Shown here piece by piece: positions 45,184 through 54,565 of a stretch of 64,000 nt of DNA (its first letter is position 1; every line of letters begins with the position of its first letter). Both the position numbers and the translations under genes were made by a program. The notes beneath the pieces are model-generated. The model saw only the letters and a program-made list of their open reading frames with translations, was not told the DNA's origin and did not search any database. This DNA comes from Myxococcota bacterium (lineage in GTDB: Bacteria; Myxococcota_A; Polyangia; Polyangiales; Sandaracinaceae), in NCBI GenBank assembly GCA_036149055.1, contig JAYZQJ010000014.1:32001-96000 (forward strand). Reading direction: 5' to 3'.

Positions 45184-45330
45184 AGAGGTCGACGCGACGA
45201 TTACCCCGCCTGCGCGGGTCGGGTCACGGCTCGTCGGGCTTCGGGCGCTCGGAGGCGCGGATGGCGCGCTCGAGGGCCTTGGCGTCGAGGGACTGCATGG
45301 AGCGGACGAGGTCGTCGACGATCTCCTCGC
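45184..45330. repeat. Direct repeat copy B (functional 3' end of NTT-HEAT gene and downstream flank)
   Basis: Contains the stop codon at 45224-45226; matches 44231-44344. Confidence 0.92.
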
Positions 45331-47467
45331 GGCTGCGTCGCTTGCGGATCTCCACCCGCACGTCGAGCATCGGGAAGAGCGCCTCCTTGATGTCCTCGGG
45401 GAGCACGTTCTCGAGGTACTCGAGCGCGGTGCCGCGGAGCTTGCCGTCCTCGGTGGCGAGCGCGACCAGCGAGAGACGGAGCGGCTCGGGGTCGTAGGCG
45501 AGGCTGAGGACCGTGAAGACGTGCTCGACGCTGCGGTGCACGCGGTCGCGGCGGGCCTTGTCGAGCAGCGGCGCGTCCTCGTCGGTGTCGTCGTCGAGCA
45601 GGCGGCGCTGCTCCCAGACCTTGCGGCCGATGCCGAGCTCGCTCTTCACCGCCGCGTGCACCGTCTCGACCGCGAGGCGGCGCTCGGGGTGGCGGGTCGC
45701 GATGCGGGACAGGGCGAGCGCGCAGCGGTAGCGCACCTCGAAGAGGGAGTCGTCGAGGCCGCGAGCGAGGCCGTCGAACGCCTCGGGCGCGTCGCAGACC
45801 TCGAGCACCCGCGGGAGGCGTCGCCGGATCGCGAAGGGCTGGTCGGCGTCGGCCACCGCCTCGGACAGCTCGGTCGGGATCTCGTCGGCGATCCCGCGCA
45901 GGGCGCGGATGGCGTCGTGGTGCACGTCGCGCCGGGCGAGGAGCGCGATGGCGAAGGGCGCGAGCCGCGGGTCGAGGACCTCGTCGGTCAGCGCGGCGCG
46001 GATCTCGTCGGGGGTGCCGCTGCGCAGGGTGCGGGCGCGGGCGTGCACCGGATCGTCGGCCGGCGCGTCGATCCCGTCCGGCGGCACGGAGGGCGCGCTG
46101 TCGACCGTGGGGTGGGTGCTGCGGTCGCTCCAGGACTGGTGCGCGGCGAGCTGCTCGAAGAGCGCCTCACGGTCGAGGCCGAGGGTGGAGAGCGTCTGCA
46201 GGGTCGCGGCCTCGAGCACCGCGCGCTCGGCGGCGAAGGGCGTGCCCTGCCGCAGGCTCTCCTCGAGCTGGCCGACGTAGCCCTTGTGGAGGCGGCGGGC
46301 GATGACGAGGCTGAGGGCGGCGAACGCGGCCGCGAAGCCGAGCACGAGGTCGAGCGACACCGCGGGGGCGACGGCGAGGATGACGATCACGACGCCGCTG
46401 CCGAGCGCGTCGCCCACCCGGTTGCCGGCCACGTCGATGAGCGCCTTGGTCGGGCGCTTCTTCTCCGGCGACACCGGCGTGTAGAGCAGCTCGTAGCCGC
46501 TCCGGAAGATGCTGTTGGCCAGCACGAGCTCCGCCGCGCGGGCGACGACGACGGTGCCGATGCGGGTGAGCCCGGCCGCGACCGCCGCCGTCATGAGCAC
46601 CACCGTGGGCAGGGTGGCCACGCTGCCCGCGACGCCGAGCCGCTCGAGCGCCGGCTTGGCGGCCACCGTCTGGAGCAGCAGCGAGAGCACCGCCGCGCCC
46701 ACGTGGAAGATGGCGAAGAAGCTCAGCATGTCCTGCGAGCCCTGCTCGAACTGCCGGGCCGCCTCGGCCTTGAAGGCGTAGTCCAGCAGGCCCGCGCTCA
46801 CCGCGGTGAGCACCACGATCGCGGCCAGGGCGCGCAGGTAGGGCGCGCGCAGCAGCACGCGGAGGCCCGAGGTGCTCGCCGCCACCGGGTCGTCGTGCTC
46901 GCCCTCCCCGCCCCCGATCCGCGCCACGCCGAGCGCGGCCAGCCCGTTGAGGCCGGCGAGCACCACGAGCATCGCGTTGGCGTCGAACGCCTCGCCGACC
47001 CGCCACGCGACGATGCCGCCGACCACGCCGCCGACGGTCGCGCCCGTGCCGATGCGGCTCACCATGCCCTTGGCGGAGTGGGGGTCGAAGCGCTCGTTGA
47101 CGACCGACCAGAAGCCGCTGATCACGAGCGCGCCGAAGACCGCCGTGTGGAGGAAGAGCACGACCGCGATCGGGCGCGGCGCCTGGTCGACGAGCAGCCA
47201 CTCCGTCAGGTAGAGCGCGCCGCTGACCCCGAACGCGACCGGCACGACCCGGGCCGGGCCGAAGCGCGCGAACGCCCGCGAGGCCGCGAAGACGGCGACC
47301 ATCGACGCGGCGGCCGAGGCGATGACCACCCGCGGGAGGTCCTCCGCGTCGAAGCTCGACAGGAAGAGCGCGTCCCGCGTGGCCTTGCTGCCGACCTGCT
47401 GGGCGATCATCACCGCCGCGGAGATCAGCGCGGCGAGCGCGGCTCGCCGGTCCGTGTTTCGCGCCAC
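45224..47467 (-). CDS. Npt1/Npt2-like (NTT) MFS transporter fused to HEAT-like repeats
   Basis: KATRDALFLS, FWSVVNERFDP, LLDYAFK, ELLYTPV...K..IDV..R.GDALG; about 12 TMs then helical repeats. Confidence 0.82.
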   Translation of the reverse strand: MARNTDRRAALAALISAAVMIAQQVGSKATRDALFLSSFDAEDLPRVVIASAAASMVAVFAASRAFARFGPARVVPVAFGVSGALYLTEWLLVDQAPRPIAVVLFLHTAVFGALVISGFWSVVNERFDPHSAKGMVSRIGTGATVGGVVGGIVAWRVGEAFDANAMLVVLAGLNGLAALGVARIGGGEGEHDDPVAASTSGLRVLLRAPYLRALAAIVVLTAVSAGLLDYAFKAEAARQFEQGSQDMLSFFAIFHVGAAVLSLLLQTVAAKPALERLGVAGSVATLPTVVLMTAAVAAGLTRIGTVVVARAAELVLANSIFRSGYELLYTPVSPEKKRPTKALIDVAGNRVGDALGSGVVIVILAVAPAVSLDLVLGFAAAFAALSLVIARRLHKGYVGQLEESLRQGTPFAAERAVLEAATLQTLSTLGLDREALFEQLAAHQSWSDRSTHPTVDSAPSVPPDGIDAPADDPVHARARTLRSGTPDEIRAALTDEVLDPRLAPFAIALLARRDVHHDAIRALRGIADEIPTELSEAVADADQPFAIRRRLPRVLEVCDAPEAFDGLARGLDDSLFEVRYRCALALSRIATRHPERRLAVETVHAAVKSELGIGRKVWEQRRLLDDDTDEDAPLLDKARRDRVHRSVEHVFTVLSLAYDPEPLRLSLVALATEDGKLRGTALEYLENVLPEDIKEALFPMLDVRVEIRKRRSREEIVDDLVRSMQSLDAKALERAIRASERPKPDEP

Positions 47468-47536
47468 GGCGCGAGGATAGCCCGAGGGCTCCGGTGCGCC
47501 CACGGGCTATCCGTCCGCTGCGTTCGGCGGCGGAGC

Positions 47537-49096
47537 TCAGCGGAGGAAGTACGGGGTCGCCACCGCGCTGCGGCACTGCCAGTTGAAGCTGCGCACGTGG
47601 GGCGCCCTCCCCTGGGCGCGCAGCCCCTCGAGCAGCTCCAGCGCGACGGCCCGGAGCGACGCGTCCTCCCGCCCGTCGAGGTGCCAGGCCATGGCGACCA
47701 GGTAGGCGCTCTCGCCCCAGTGCTCGTCGTAGCGATCGGGCTCGTCCTCGTCGGTGCCGACGCCCATGAAGTAGAAGGGCTTGCCCGAGGCGTCCCGCCC
47801 GTCGCGCGCGACGATCCGGCCGAGCTGGACGAGCGAGGCGTGCACGCGCTCGGCCTCGGCGCCGCCGCGCAGCGCGGCGTAGGCGTGGAGGCCGTCGGCG
47901 AGGATCGCGCTCATCCAGGGGCTGCAGCCGAAGTAGCCGTAGCCCTCGCCGTGCGCGTCGGCGTGGTGCGCGAAGCAGCGCGCGTCGGGGTCGCCGTAGC
48001 CCTCGGGGTAGGTCGCCTGGATGTCCAGGTAGGCGTCCACCGACGCCTCGGCGAGGCGCACGTAGTCCTCGGCGCGGTCGTCGGACACGATCGCGGCCCA
48101 CACATAGGCGAGCAGCGCGAAGCCGGCGTGGCGCTCGGTCCAGAAGTCGGAGCCGCCGGCGTAGCCCGGGCTCGTCCACATCTCCGCGACCCGGTCGGCC
48201 ACCGCCTCCACCGCCTCCCGGTACCGCTCGTCGCCGGTGAGGAGGTAGTGGAGGGCCATGCCCTGCGTGTAGTGGTACTTGAGGTCCCGCTCGGCGCCGG
48301 GCACGCCGATGCGGACCGAGCCGTCGGTCTCGCTGATCCCCTCGCGGTAGAGCGTGGCCTCGCGGTACGCCGATCGGAGCGGCGAGCGCGCGCCGGTGCG
48401 GGCGTGGCCGCGGTACATCGCGGTGACCCGGTCGAAGAGCCAGACCGCGCGGGAGTCGCTGCCCGGGAGGAAGGCGTCGGTGTCGTGTCGCTCGTAGTCG
48501 CAGACGCCGTCCCACGCGCCGCCCAGCTCCGGCGCGAGCTCGGACTCGGCGACGAGCGGCCCGAGGACTCCGCTGGACGCGAGCCAGGTGGGCGGCACGA
48601 GGACCCACACCCGGGGCTCGTCGCCCTGGAGGGTGTCGGCGACCGGCGCCGCGTCGAGCTCGGCCGTCCCGGGGGCCGCGCCGACCTCGATCGTCAGCTC
48701 CGCCTCGCTCGCCGGGAGCTCGACCTGGATCCGCACGCTCCGCAGGCTGCCGTCGGGCCAGCGCGCGAGACCCAGGCGCGAGGCGGCGAGCTCCTCGGCC
48801 CCGGACCGCACGACGACGCGCGACGCGTCCGAGAGCGCGCCGGGCGCGAGCGGGAGCGCGAAGCTCACCCGCTCCACGCCGCTCGCCTCGGTGTTGGGGA
48901 CGACGCGGACGGAGACCGAGGTCGGCGCAGGCGGGCGCCCTGCGTCTTCGTCCACGCGGCCGGCGTCCGGCGACGCGGCGTCGGCGAGGGCCTCGCTAGC
49001 GTCGCGCGCGCCGCCGTCCACGTCTTCCGGCGCGGCGCCGTCGCAGGCCGTCAGCGTCAACGCGAGCGCGAGGAGGCGCAGGCGGTCACTCGCCAC
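47537..49096 (-). CDS. Lipoprotein resembling exo-rhamnogalacturonan lyase/YetA-like family
   Basis: LTA-C lipobox; VSFALPL..G, LARWPDGSLRSV N-terminal motif; LHYLLTGDERY helical-toroid-like part. Confidence 0.6.
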   Translation of the reverse strand: MASDRLRLLALALTLTACDGAAPEDVDGGARDASEALADAASPDAGRVDEDAGRPPAPTSVSVRVVPNTEASGVERVSFALPLAPGALSDASRVVVRSGAEELAASRLGLARWPDGSLRSVRIQVELPASEAELTIEVGAAPGTAELDAAPVADTLQGDEPRVWVLVPPTWLASSGVLGPLVAESELAPELGGAWDGVCDYERHDTDAFLPGSDSRAVWLFDRVTAMYRGHARTGARSPLRSAYREATLYREGISETDGSVRIGVPGAERDLKYHYTQGMALHYLLTGDERYREAVEAVADRVAEMWTSPGYAGGSDFWTERHAGFALLAYVWAAIVSDDRAEDYVRLAEASVDAYLDIQATYPEGYGDPDARCFAHHADAHGEGYGYFGCSPWMSAILADGLHAYAALRGGAEAERVHASLVQLGRIVARDGRDASGKPFYFMGVGTDEDEPDRYDEHWGESAYLVAMAWHLDGREDASLRAVALELLEGLRAQGRAPHVRSFNWQCRSAVATPYFLR

Positions 49097-50741
49097 GGGG
49101 CAGCTCCCACTCCTCGAGGCGGCTCCCCGACGGCGCGTAGCGCACGACGTAGCGTCGGTCGGCGCGCACCCCGGTGAACGTCTCGGTCCCGTAGCCGCTC
49201 GGCCAGGTGACGCGCAGGTCGACCGTCTCGTGGGTGTCGGTGCCGAGGTGCGCGACGGTCGGGATCCCCTGCTGGTAGGAGCGCACCGTCCGGTAGCTCG
49301 AGCCGACGCGCGTGCTCGTCCCGGGCGCGAGCGCCTCCACCACCGCGCCGAGCGCGTCGCGGTTGCGCCCCGCGCCCATCGCCTCGGCCGAGAGCACGAC
49401 CTGCACGTAGTGTCCGGCCTCCGGGGTGGTGTTCCGCCAGAGCATCAGCTCCGCGTCCGGGATCTCGTCGCGCAGATCGTAGCCCACGAAGTCCACGCGC
49501 CCGTCGCCGTCGTAGTCGTGCGGCGCGGTGGTGGGCCGCGACCCGTGGTGATTCCCGTCGATCGAGATGTCGAAGGTCCGCGCGTTGTCGGCGCGCTCGA
49601 AGACGAGGCCGCCGCGGTTGAGCAGGAGGTTCGTGGAGCCGGGGCCCCGGCCCATGATCAGCACGTCCACGTGCCCGTCGTTGTTGTAGTCGGCGACGCT
49701 GTGCGCGGCCTTGGTCGCCACCGTGTCGATGACGTTGAAGGGGGTGGCGAGCGGGTGACGGCGGAAGCTGCCCCCCGCCTGCTGCACGACGATCCAGAGC
49801 TCGTCGTCGCCGGTGTAGCAGAGCACGTCGACGTCGCCGTCGAGGTCGGCGTCGAACACGAGCGAGCGCGATCCGGAGCAGCCCGCGAACGCCGGCCCGA
49901 CCGATCCGCCGCGGAAGGTGCCGTCGCCGTTGCTCTCCCAGCTCGGGCCGTCGGGGACCACGAGGTCCGGGTAGCTGTCGCCCGTCCAGTCGAAGACGAT
50001 GGCCGAGTCGACGCTGTCGAGCGTGGCGAGCACCGACCCATCCAGGCGGTAGAGCACCGGGCCCTCGTGGGCCACCTCGAGCGCGCCGTCTCCGTCGAAG
50101 TCGGCGACGGTGAGCGCGGCGCGGTTGCCCCACGGGCCGTGGTGGAAGACCGCGCGGGGCACCCCGCCCACGCGGCTCGTGGTGTTCTCGATCCACCCGT
50201 CTTCGCCCTCGGTCGTCCGGCCGATCGCGTCGAGGTCGCCGTCGCCGTCCAGGTCCGCCAGCTGGACGTTCCAGCCCCCGGTGAAGAACGGGGCGGTCTC
50301 CGCGGTCCAGCCGGACGCGACGGTGAAGGTGCCGTCGCCGTCGCCGGTCCACATGCAGTGGGTCGTCCGGGAGTGCGACCACGACTGCAGGTCCACGTGC
50401 CCGTCGCGGTTCCAGTCGCCGAGGCTGAAGCCGAAGGGGTTGGCGCTCTCGCACGCCCCGTCGAGCGCGCCGATCGTCGCGTGGGCGAAGCTCGGGTCAC
50501 CCGCCTCGGGGGGCGGCCGCGGGGGGCCGGCGTCCGGGGGCGTCGCCGGGCCGCCGTCCTCTCCGCGCCCGGCGTCCTCCTCGCCGCCGCCGTCCGCGGG
50601 GGGCGGGACGATGGGCCCGGCGCCGTCGGTCGGCGCGCCCCCGTCGGGGAGGCGGCGCGCGGCGTCCGGCTCGACCGGGGCGGGGTCACAGCCGGCCGCG
50701 AGGAAGACCAGGAGGAGGGCGAGGATGCGTGAAGCGTGCAT
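49086..50741 (-). CDS. CRTAC1-like FG-GAP + ASPIC/UnbV lipoprotein
   Basis: AAG-C lipobox; D..DG..D repeats; LWRN, NRDALGA.V, HLG, VTWPSG. Confidence 0.85.
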   Translation of the reverse strand: MHASRILALLLVFLAAGCDPAPVEPDAARRLPDGGAPTDGAGPIVPPPADGGGEEDAGRGEDGGPATPPDAGPPRPPPEAGDPSFAHATIGALDGACESANPFGFSLGDWNRDGHVDLQSWSHSRTTHCMWTGDGDGTFTVASGWTAETAPFFTGGWNVQLADLDGDGDLDAIGRTTEGEDGWIENTTSRVGGVPRAVFHHGPWGNRAALTVADFDGDGALEVAHEGPVLYRLDGSVLATLDSVDSAIVFDWTGDSYPDLVVPDGPSWESNGDGTFRGGSVGPAFAGCSGSRSLVFDADLDGDVDVLCYTGDDELWIVVQQAGGSFRRHPLATPFNVIDTVATKAAHSVADYNNDGHVDVLIMGRGPGSTNLLLNRGGLVFERADNARTFDISIDGNHHGSRPTTAPHDYDGDGRVDFVGYDLRDEIPDAELMLWRNTTPEAGHYVQVVLSAEAMGAGRNRDALGAVVEALAPGTSTRVGSSYRTVRSYQQGIPTVAHLGTDTHETVDLRVTWPSGYGTETFTGVRADRRYVVRYAPSGSRLEEWELPRGE

Positions 50742-50753
50742 GCCCCCGCCCAC

Positions 50754-50769
50754 AGCAAGCGCCGCGCCG
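50754..50769 (-). promoter_or_regulatory. Sigma54-like -24/-12 promoter
   Basis: Minus strand CGGCGCGGCGCTTGCT (GG-N10-GC; good -12, weaker -24); TSS near 50743, next to ATG 50741. Confidence 0.55.
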
Positions 50770-50811
50770 CCCGCCCTGGCGGGGGGACGGCGCGACGGAT
50801 CGCCGGCTGCG

Positions 50812-50840
50812 CCAGACCAATGGTCTGGGCCAGCAGACCA
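50812..50840. promoter_or_regulatory. Palindrome plus extra half-site, candidate enhancer
   Basis: CCAGACCA-A-TGGTCTGG (50812-50828) plus CAGACCA (50834-50840), about -70 to -97 from the predicted TSS. Confidence 0.55.
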
Positions 50841-50856
50841 GCTCACCCAGGCCAGG

Positions 50857-51672
50857 TCAGCCGCCGGTGCCGACGAAGAGGTCGATCACGAACAGGACCG
50901 CTCCGGTGACGGCGAGCCCGAGGGCCACGTTGGTCGCGTCGCGGAAGGCGCTGCCCTCCCTCGCGGCGTCGAGGGTCGGGCGCATCACGTAGTCGTCGTG
51001 CAGGCTCTGGGCGTGCACGCCGAGGCCGATCGTCGCCCCGGTCGCGCCGGCGGAGAGCGCGAGGCCGAGCCCGCCGAGCCACCCGATCGCCGGCGATCCG
51101 CCGGGCTCGGAGACCGGCGCGGCGGCCGGGACCTCGATGACGCGCGCCGGGGGCTCGACCACCGAGAGCAGCACCCGCTCGCCCTCGCTCAGGTCGACCT
51201 CCTCGCTCCAGGCGCGGTCGTCGAGGTGGGCGGAGATCCGGTGCGCGCCGGGGTCCTCGGCCGTCTCGCAGGGGAGCCGGCACCGCGGCTCGTCGTCCAC
51301 CGAGAGCAGCGCGCCGTCCCAGCCGCTCGCGCGCACGAGGGCCAGCCGGGCCCGGTTCGCCTCCGCCTGCGCCGCGGCCTGCTGGCGAGCCTCCTCCGGC
51401 ACCTCCTCGCTCTCGGCCGCGCGCTCGAACTCCTCCGCCGCCTCGCGGTGCCGACCGAGCTGCTCGAGGCAGAGCGCGATGTTGAAGCGCACCGCGTCCC
51501 GCGGGTCGATCTCGAGCGCGCTGCGGAAGCGCGCGAGGGCCTCGCCCCAGCGCTCGCCCTCGAACGCCTCGAGGCCGAGCCGGAACTCGTCGGCGGCGCT
51601 CGTCTGCGCGTGGGCGAGCCCCGGCGCGAGGAGCGCGACGAGCGCGAGCAGGAGCGCGAGCCGCCTCATCAT
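50857..51672 (-). CDS. Secreted TPR + PEGA-like protein with C-terminal hydrophobic segments
   Basis: Signal peptide AHA-Q; FNIALCLEQLG TPR; 4-nt overlap with kinase stop. Confidence 0.8.
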   Translation of the reverse strand: MMRRLALLLALVALLAPGLAHAQTSAADEFRLGLEAFEGERWGEALARFRSALEIDPRDAVRFNIALCLEQLGRHREAAEEFERAAESEEVPEEARQQAAAQAEANRARLALVRASGWDGALLSVDDEPRCRLPCETAEDPGAHRISAHLDDRAWSEEVDLSEGERVLLSVVEPPARVIEVPAAAPVSEPGGSPAIGWLGGLGLALSAGATGATIGLGVHAQSLHDDYVMRPTLDAAREGSAFRDATNVALGLAVTGAVLFVIDLFVGTGG

Positions 51673-53264
51673 GGGTCCTCGTAGGGCGAGGCGAGCGGCC
51701 GGACCTGCGTCGGCTCCTCCCGGGGCGCGCGTCGCCGACGCCTCGCGCGTCGGGTGGTCCGACGCTGCGGCTCGACCTCCTCGGTGGGCTCGGCGCTCCC
51801 TGACACGACCTCGGGGGCCGCGACCTCGGGGGCCGCGACCTCGCGGGGCGAGACCTCGGGGAGCGTGAGCGTGGCGCCGTCGTCCGCCTCGGTCAGGGTG
51901 CGGGCGTGCGCCCGGCCGGCGGTGTCCACGAGCACGACGCTGCGCTCCCCGCCTTCGCCGAGCGCGACGCGCAGCGGGCGGCGCGCGTCGGCCACGCCGT
52001 CGACCAGGACCGACGCCACCCCCGCGCCGACGTCCACCCGCACCTCCCGCGGGGCCGCCTCCGCGGCGACCGGGGCCTCGGCCGGGGCCGGGGACGCGGT
52101 GCTCCGCTGCAGCCACCACCCCGCGCCGACGCCGACCGCGGCCAGCCCGACCGCGACCGCCACGAGCGGCCAGCGCAGGCCCCTCCCGGCTCCATCGGGC
52201 GCGGAGGCGTGCGAGGGGGCGGCGATCTCGCGGGTGTCCTCGCGCAGGCGCGCCGGCGCCGAGCGGAGGGTGGCCGCGATCCGCTCGTCCTCGACCGAGC
52301 GCTCGGCGGCGAAGGCGGCCTGCACGACGTCGCGCAGCGGCCCGACCCCGAGCCCGCCGCCGGCGGCCGCCGCCTGCTCGAACACGCGCGCCACCTCGGC
52401 CGCGCTCGACGGGCGCCGGAACGTCCGCCGATCGAGGCAACGATGAATGCACTCGCACACCGCCGCGGGCACCTCGGGCGCGAACGTCTCGAGCCGCGGG
52501 ACCTCGCGGTTGATGATGTTGAAGAGGGTCTCGCCGTCGCTCTCCCCGCGGAAGAGCCGGCGGCCGGAGAGGGTCTCGTAGGCGATCACGCCCAGCGCCC
52601 AGAGATCGGTGGCCCAGGTCGCGCGCGCCCCGTTCACCTGCTCGGGGGCCAGGTAGCTCACCTTGCCCTTCACCTCGCCGCTCCGGGTCGACGTGATGCG
52701 GCCGCGCGCGGCGGCGATGCCGAAGTCCACCACCCGCACCACGCCGTCGTAGCTGACGTGCACGTTCTGCGGGCTGACGTCGCGGTGCACGATCTCGAGC
52801 GGGGCGCCCTCTCGGTCCGTGGCGACGTGGGCGGCGTGCAGGCCCGAGGCCACCGACGAGAAGATCCCGTAGAGCATCGCCGGGGTGAGCGTCCGGGGCT
52901 CGGAGAGCCAGGTGCGCTGGAGCAGCCCCACCAGCGAGCGGCCGCGCAGGTACTCCATCACCATGAACGGCAGCCCGTCGCGCGTCGTGCCCACGTCGAA
53001 GACCTGCACGACGTTGGGGTGGTGCACGAACGAGGCGATGCGCGCCTCGTCGACGAACATGTCCACGAACCGCGGCTCGCCGGCCAGGTGAGGCAGCATC
53101 ACCTTCATCGCGAGGAGCCGATCGAAGCCGCCGGTGTCGTGTCGGCGCACGAGGTACACGGCCGCCATCCCGCCCTGCGCGATCTCGCCGACCACCTCGT
53201 AGCGATCGATCTCGTCGCCCGGCCCGGGGAGCGTGGCCCGCCGCTGCGTGAGCGCCTCGTTCAT
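51669..53264 (-). CDS. Hanks-type Ser/Thr protein kinase with TM helix
   Basis: IAQGGMAAVY, LAMK, HRDVSPQN, DFG, YLAPEQ, DLWALG; TM; 4-nt overlaps on both sides. Confidence 0.95.
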   Translation of the reverse strand: MNEALTQRRATLPGPGDEIDRYEVVGEIAQGGMAAVYLVRRHDTGGFDRLLAMKVMLPHLAGEPRFVDMFVDEARIASFVHHPNVVQVFDVGTTRDGLPFMVMEYLRGRSLVGLLQRTWLSEPRTLTPAMLYGIFSSVASGLHAAHVATDREGAPLEIVHRDVSPQNVHVSYDGVVRVVDFGIAAARGRITSTRSGEVKGKVSYLAPEQVNGARATWATDLWALGVIAYETLSGRRLFRGESDGETLFNIINREVPRLETFAPEVPAAVCECIHRCLDRRTFRRPSSAAEVARVFEQAAAAGGGLGVGPLRDVVQAAFAAERSVEDERIAATLRSAPARLREDTREIAAPSHASAPDGAGRGLRWPLVAVAVGLAAVGVGAGWWLQRSTASPAPAEAPVAAEAAPREVRVDVGAGVASVLVDGVADARRPLRVALGEGGERSVVLVDTAGRAHARTLTEADDGATLTLPEVSPREVAAPEVAAPEVVSGSAEPTEEVEPQRRTTRRARRRRRAPREEPTQVRPLASPYEDP

Positions 53265-54565
53265 GGCCGCGGGCTCGCGAGCAGGTGCGGGGGCACGATG
53301 AACTCGACCAGGTTGCCGTCCAGCTCCTGGCTGGCGGTACCCCAGTCGCTGTTGAGCCAGACCGAGGCCAGCCCGCCCGAGGCGCCGAGGCGGGTGTGCA
53401 CGGTGGGGTGAGCGCGGTGGCTCATGAAGTGCCACGCGAAGGGCACCACCCGCGGGGGCTCGACCCGCGCGTCGATCAGGGCGAGCTGCGACCGCCGCGG
53501 GAGCACCTCGCTGACCTCCGGTCCGCAGTCCGCCCCGCCGTCCTGGCAGGAGCGGAAGGCCGCGACGAAGAGCCCGAGGTCGGGCGGCGCGCCGGCGATC
53601 AGCACCGGCACGATGTGGCGCTCGCCGACCGTGACCCGGGCGTCTCGCAGCTCGCCGCCGGTCGTCTCGGCGCCCAGCCGGACGTAGCGGAGGAAGTCGC
53701 CCTCTTCGTAGATCACGACGTGCTCGATCGCGTCGCCCGGCAGCTCCGTGACCCAGACGCGGGAGGGCGCGCGGGCGAAGGCGTGGCGCAGCGCCTCGGC
53801 GCCGTCGTCGCTCGCGTAGAAGACGATCTCGCTGCCCACCAGCGCGTAGTGATGGCGCCCGGTGGGCGTGAAGCGCGCGTCCGCCGTGGGGTGCTCGACC
53901 ACGACGCGGGGAGCGCCGCGGTCGCTCAGGTCGATCACCGCCGAGCCGCCGCCGCCCCGGACGATGAACCGCTCGCGGGCCGGATCGGCGTCCACCAGGG
54001 CGTAGCCGGAGGCGGGCAGCCCGGGGAGCAGCGGCGCGAGCGCCCACTCCTGCTCGCAGGTCAGCCGGAGGCCGGACACCGGCGGGCGGCAGAGCCCCAG
54101 CGCGTCGCCGTCCCGGCTCACCTGCCACACCTCGCGGCTGTCGTCGTCGAAGTAGGCCTGCCCCTCGACGATGAAGTCCGTCCTCCCCGCGGTCTCCAGC
54201 TCGTGGAGGCTCCACTCCGAGACGCTGCGCGTGAGCACGCGCTCCCCGAACGGCCCGAGGGGCGCCTCGGCCGGGTGCACCGTGTCGGCGACGTCGGCGA
54301 GGATCACGCGATGGCAGCTGCCGAAGTCCGGGTCCTCGCCGCGCTCCCCCTCGGCGGGCAGCGGCGGCGGCGTGGGCTCGGGGCCGAGCTCGCCGACGTC
54401 CTCGACCGGCGGATCACACGGCGTCGACGCGTCGACGTCGGCGTCCGGGTCCCCGGCGTCGCCGCGCCCCCCGTCGCTCTCGATGAGCGAAGTGTCGAAC
54501 GGCAGCGTGCAGCCCATCAGGCCCAGCGCCGCCCAGAGCACGAGAGCAGCCCTACCTGAAGCCAT
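53261..54565 (-). CDS. Hypothetical lipoprotein (beta-propeller-like)
   Basis: LMG-C lipobox; overlaps activator and kinase genes (translational coupling). Confidence 0.72.
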   Translation of the reverse strand: MASGRAALVLWAALGLMGCTLPFDTSLIESDGGRGDAGDPDADVDASTPCDPPVEDVGELGPEPTPPPLPAEGERGEDPDFGSCHRVILADVADTVHPAEAPLGPFGERVLTRSVSEWSLHELETAGRTDFIVEGQAYFDDDSREVWQVSRDGDALGLCRPPVSGLRLTCEQEWALAPLLPGLPASGYALVDADPARERFIVRGGGGSAVIDLSDRGAPRVVVEHPTADARFTPTGRHHYALVGSEIVFYASDDGAEALRHAFARAPSRVWVTELPGDAIEHVVIYEEGDFLRYVRLGAETTGGELRDARVTVGERHIVPVLIAGAPPDLGLFVAAFRSCQDGGADCGPEVSEVLPRRSQLALIDARVEPPRVVPFAWHFMSHRAHPTVHTRLGASGGLASVWLNSDWGTASQELDGNLVEFIVPPHLLASPRP

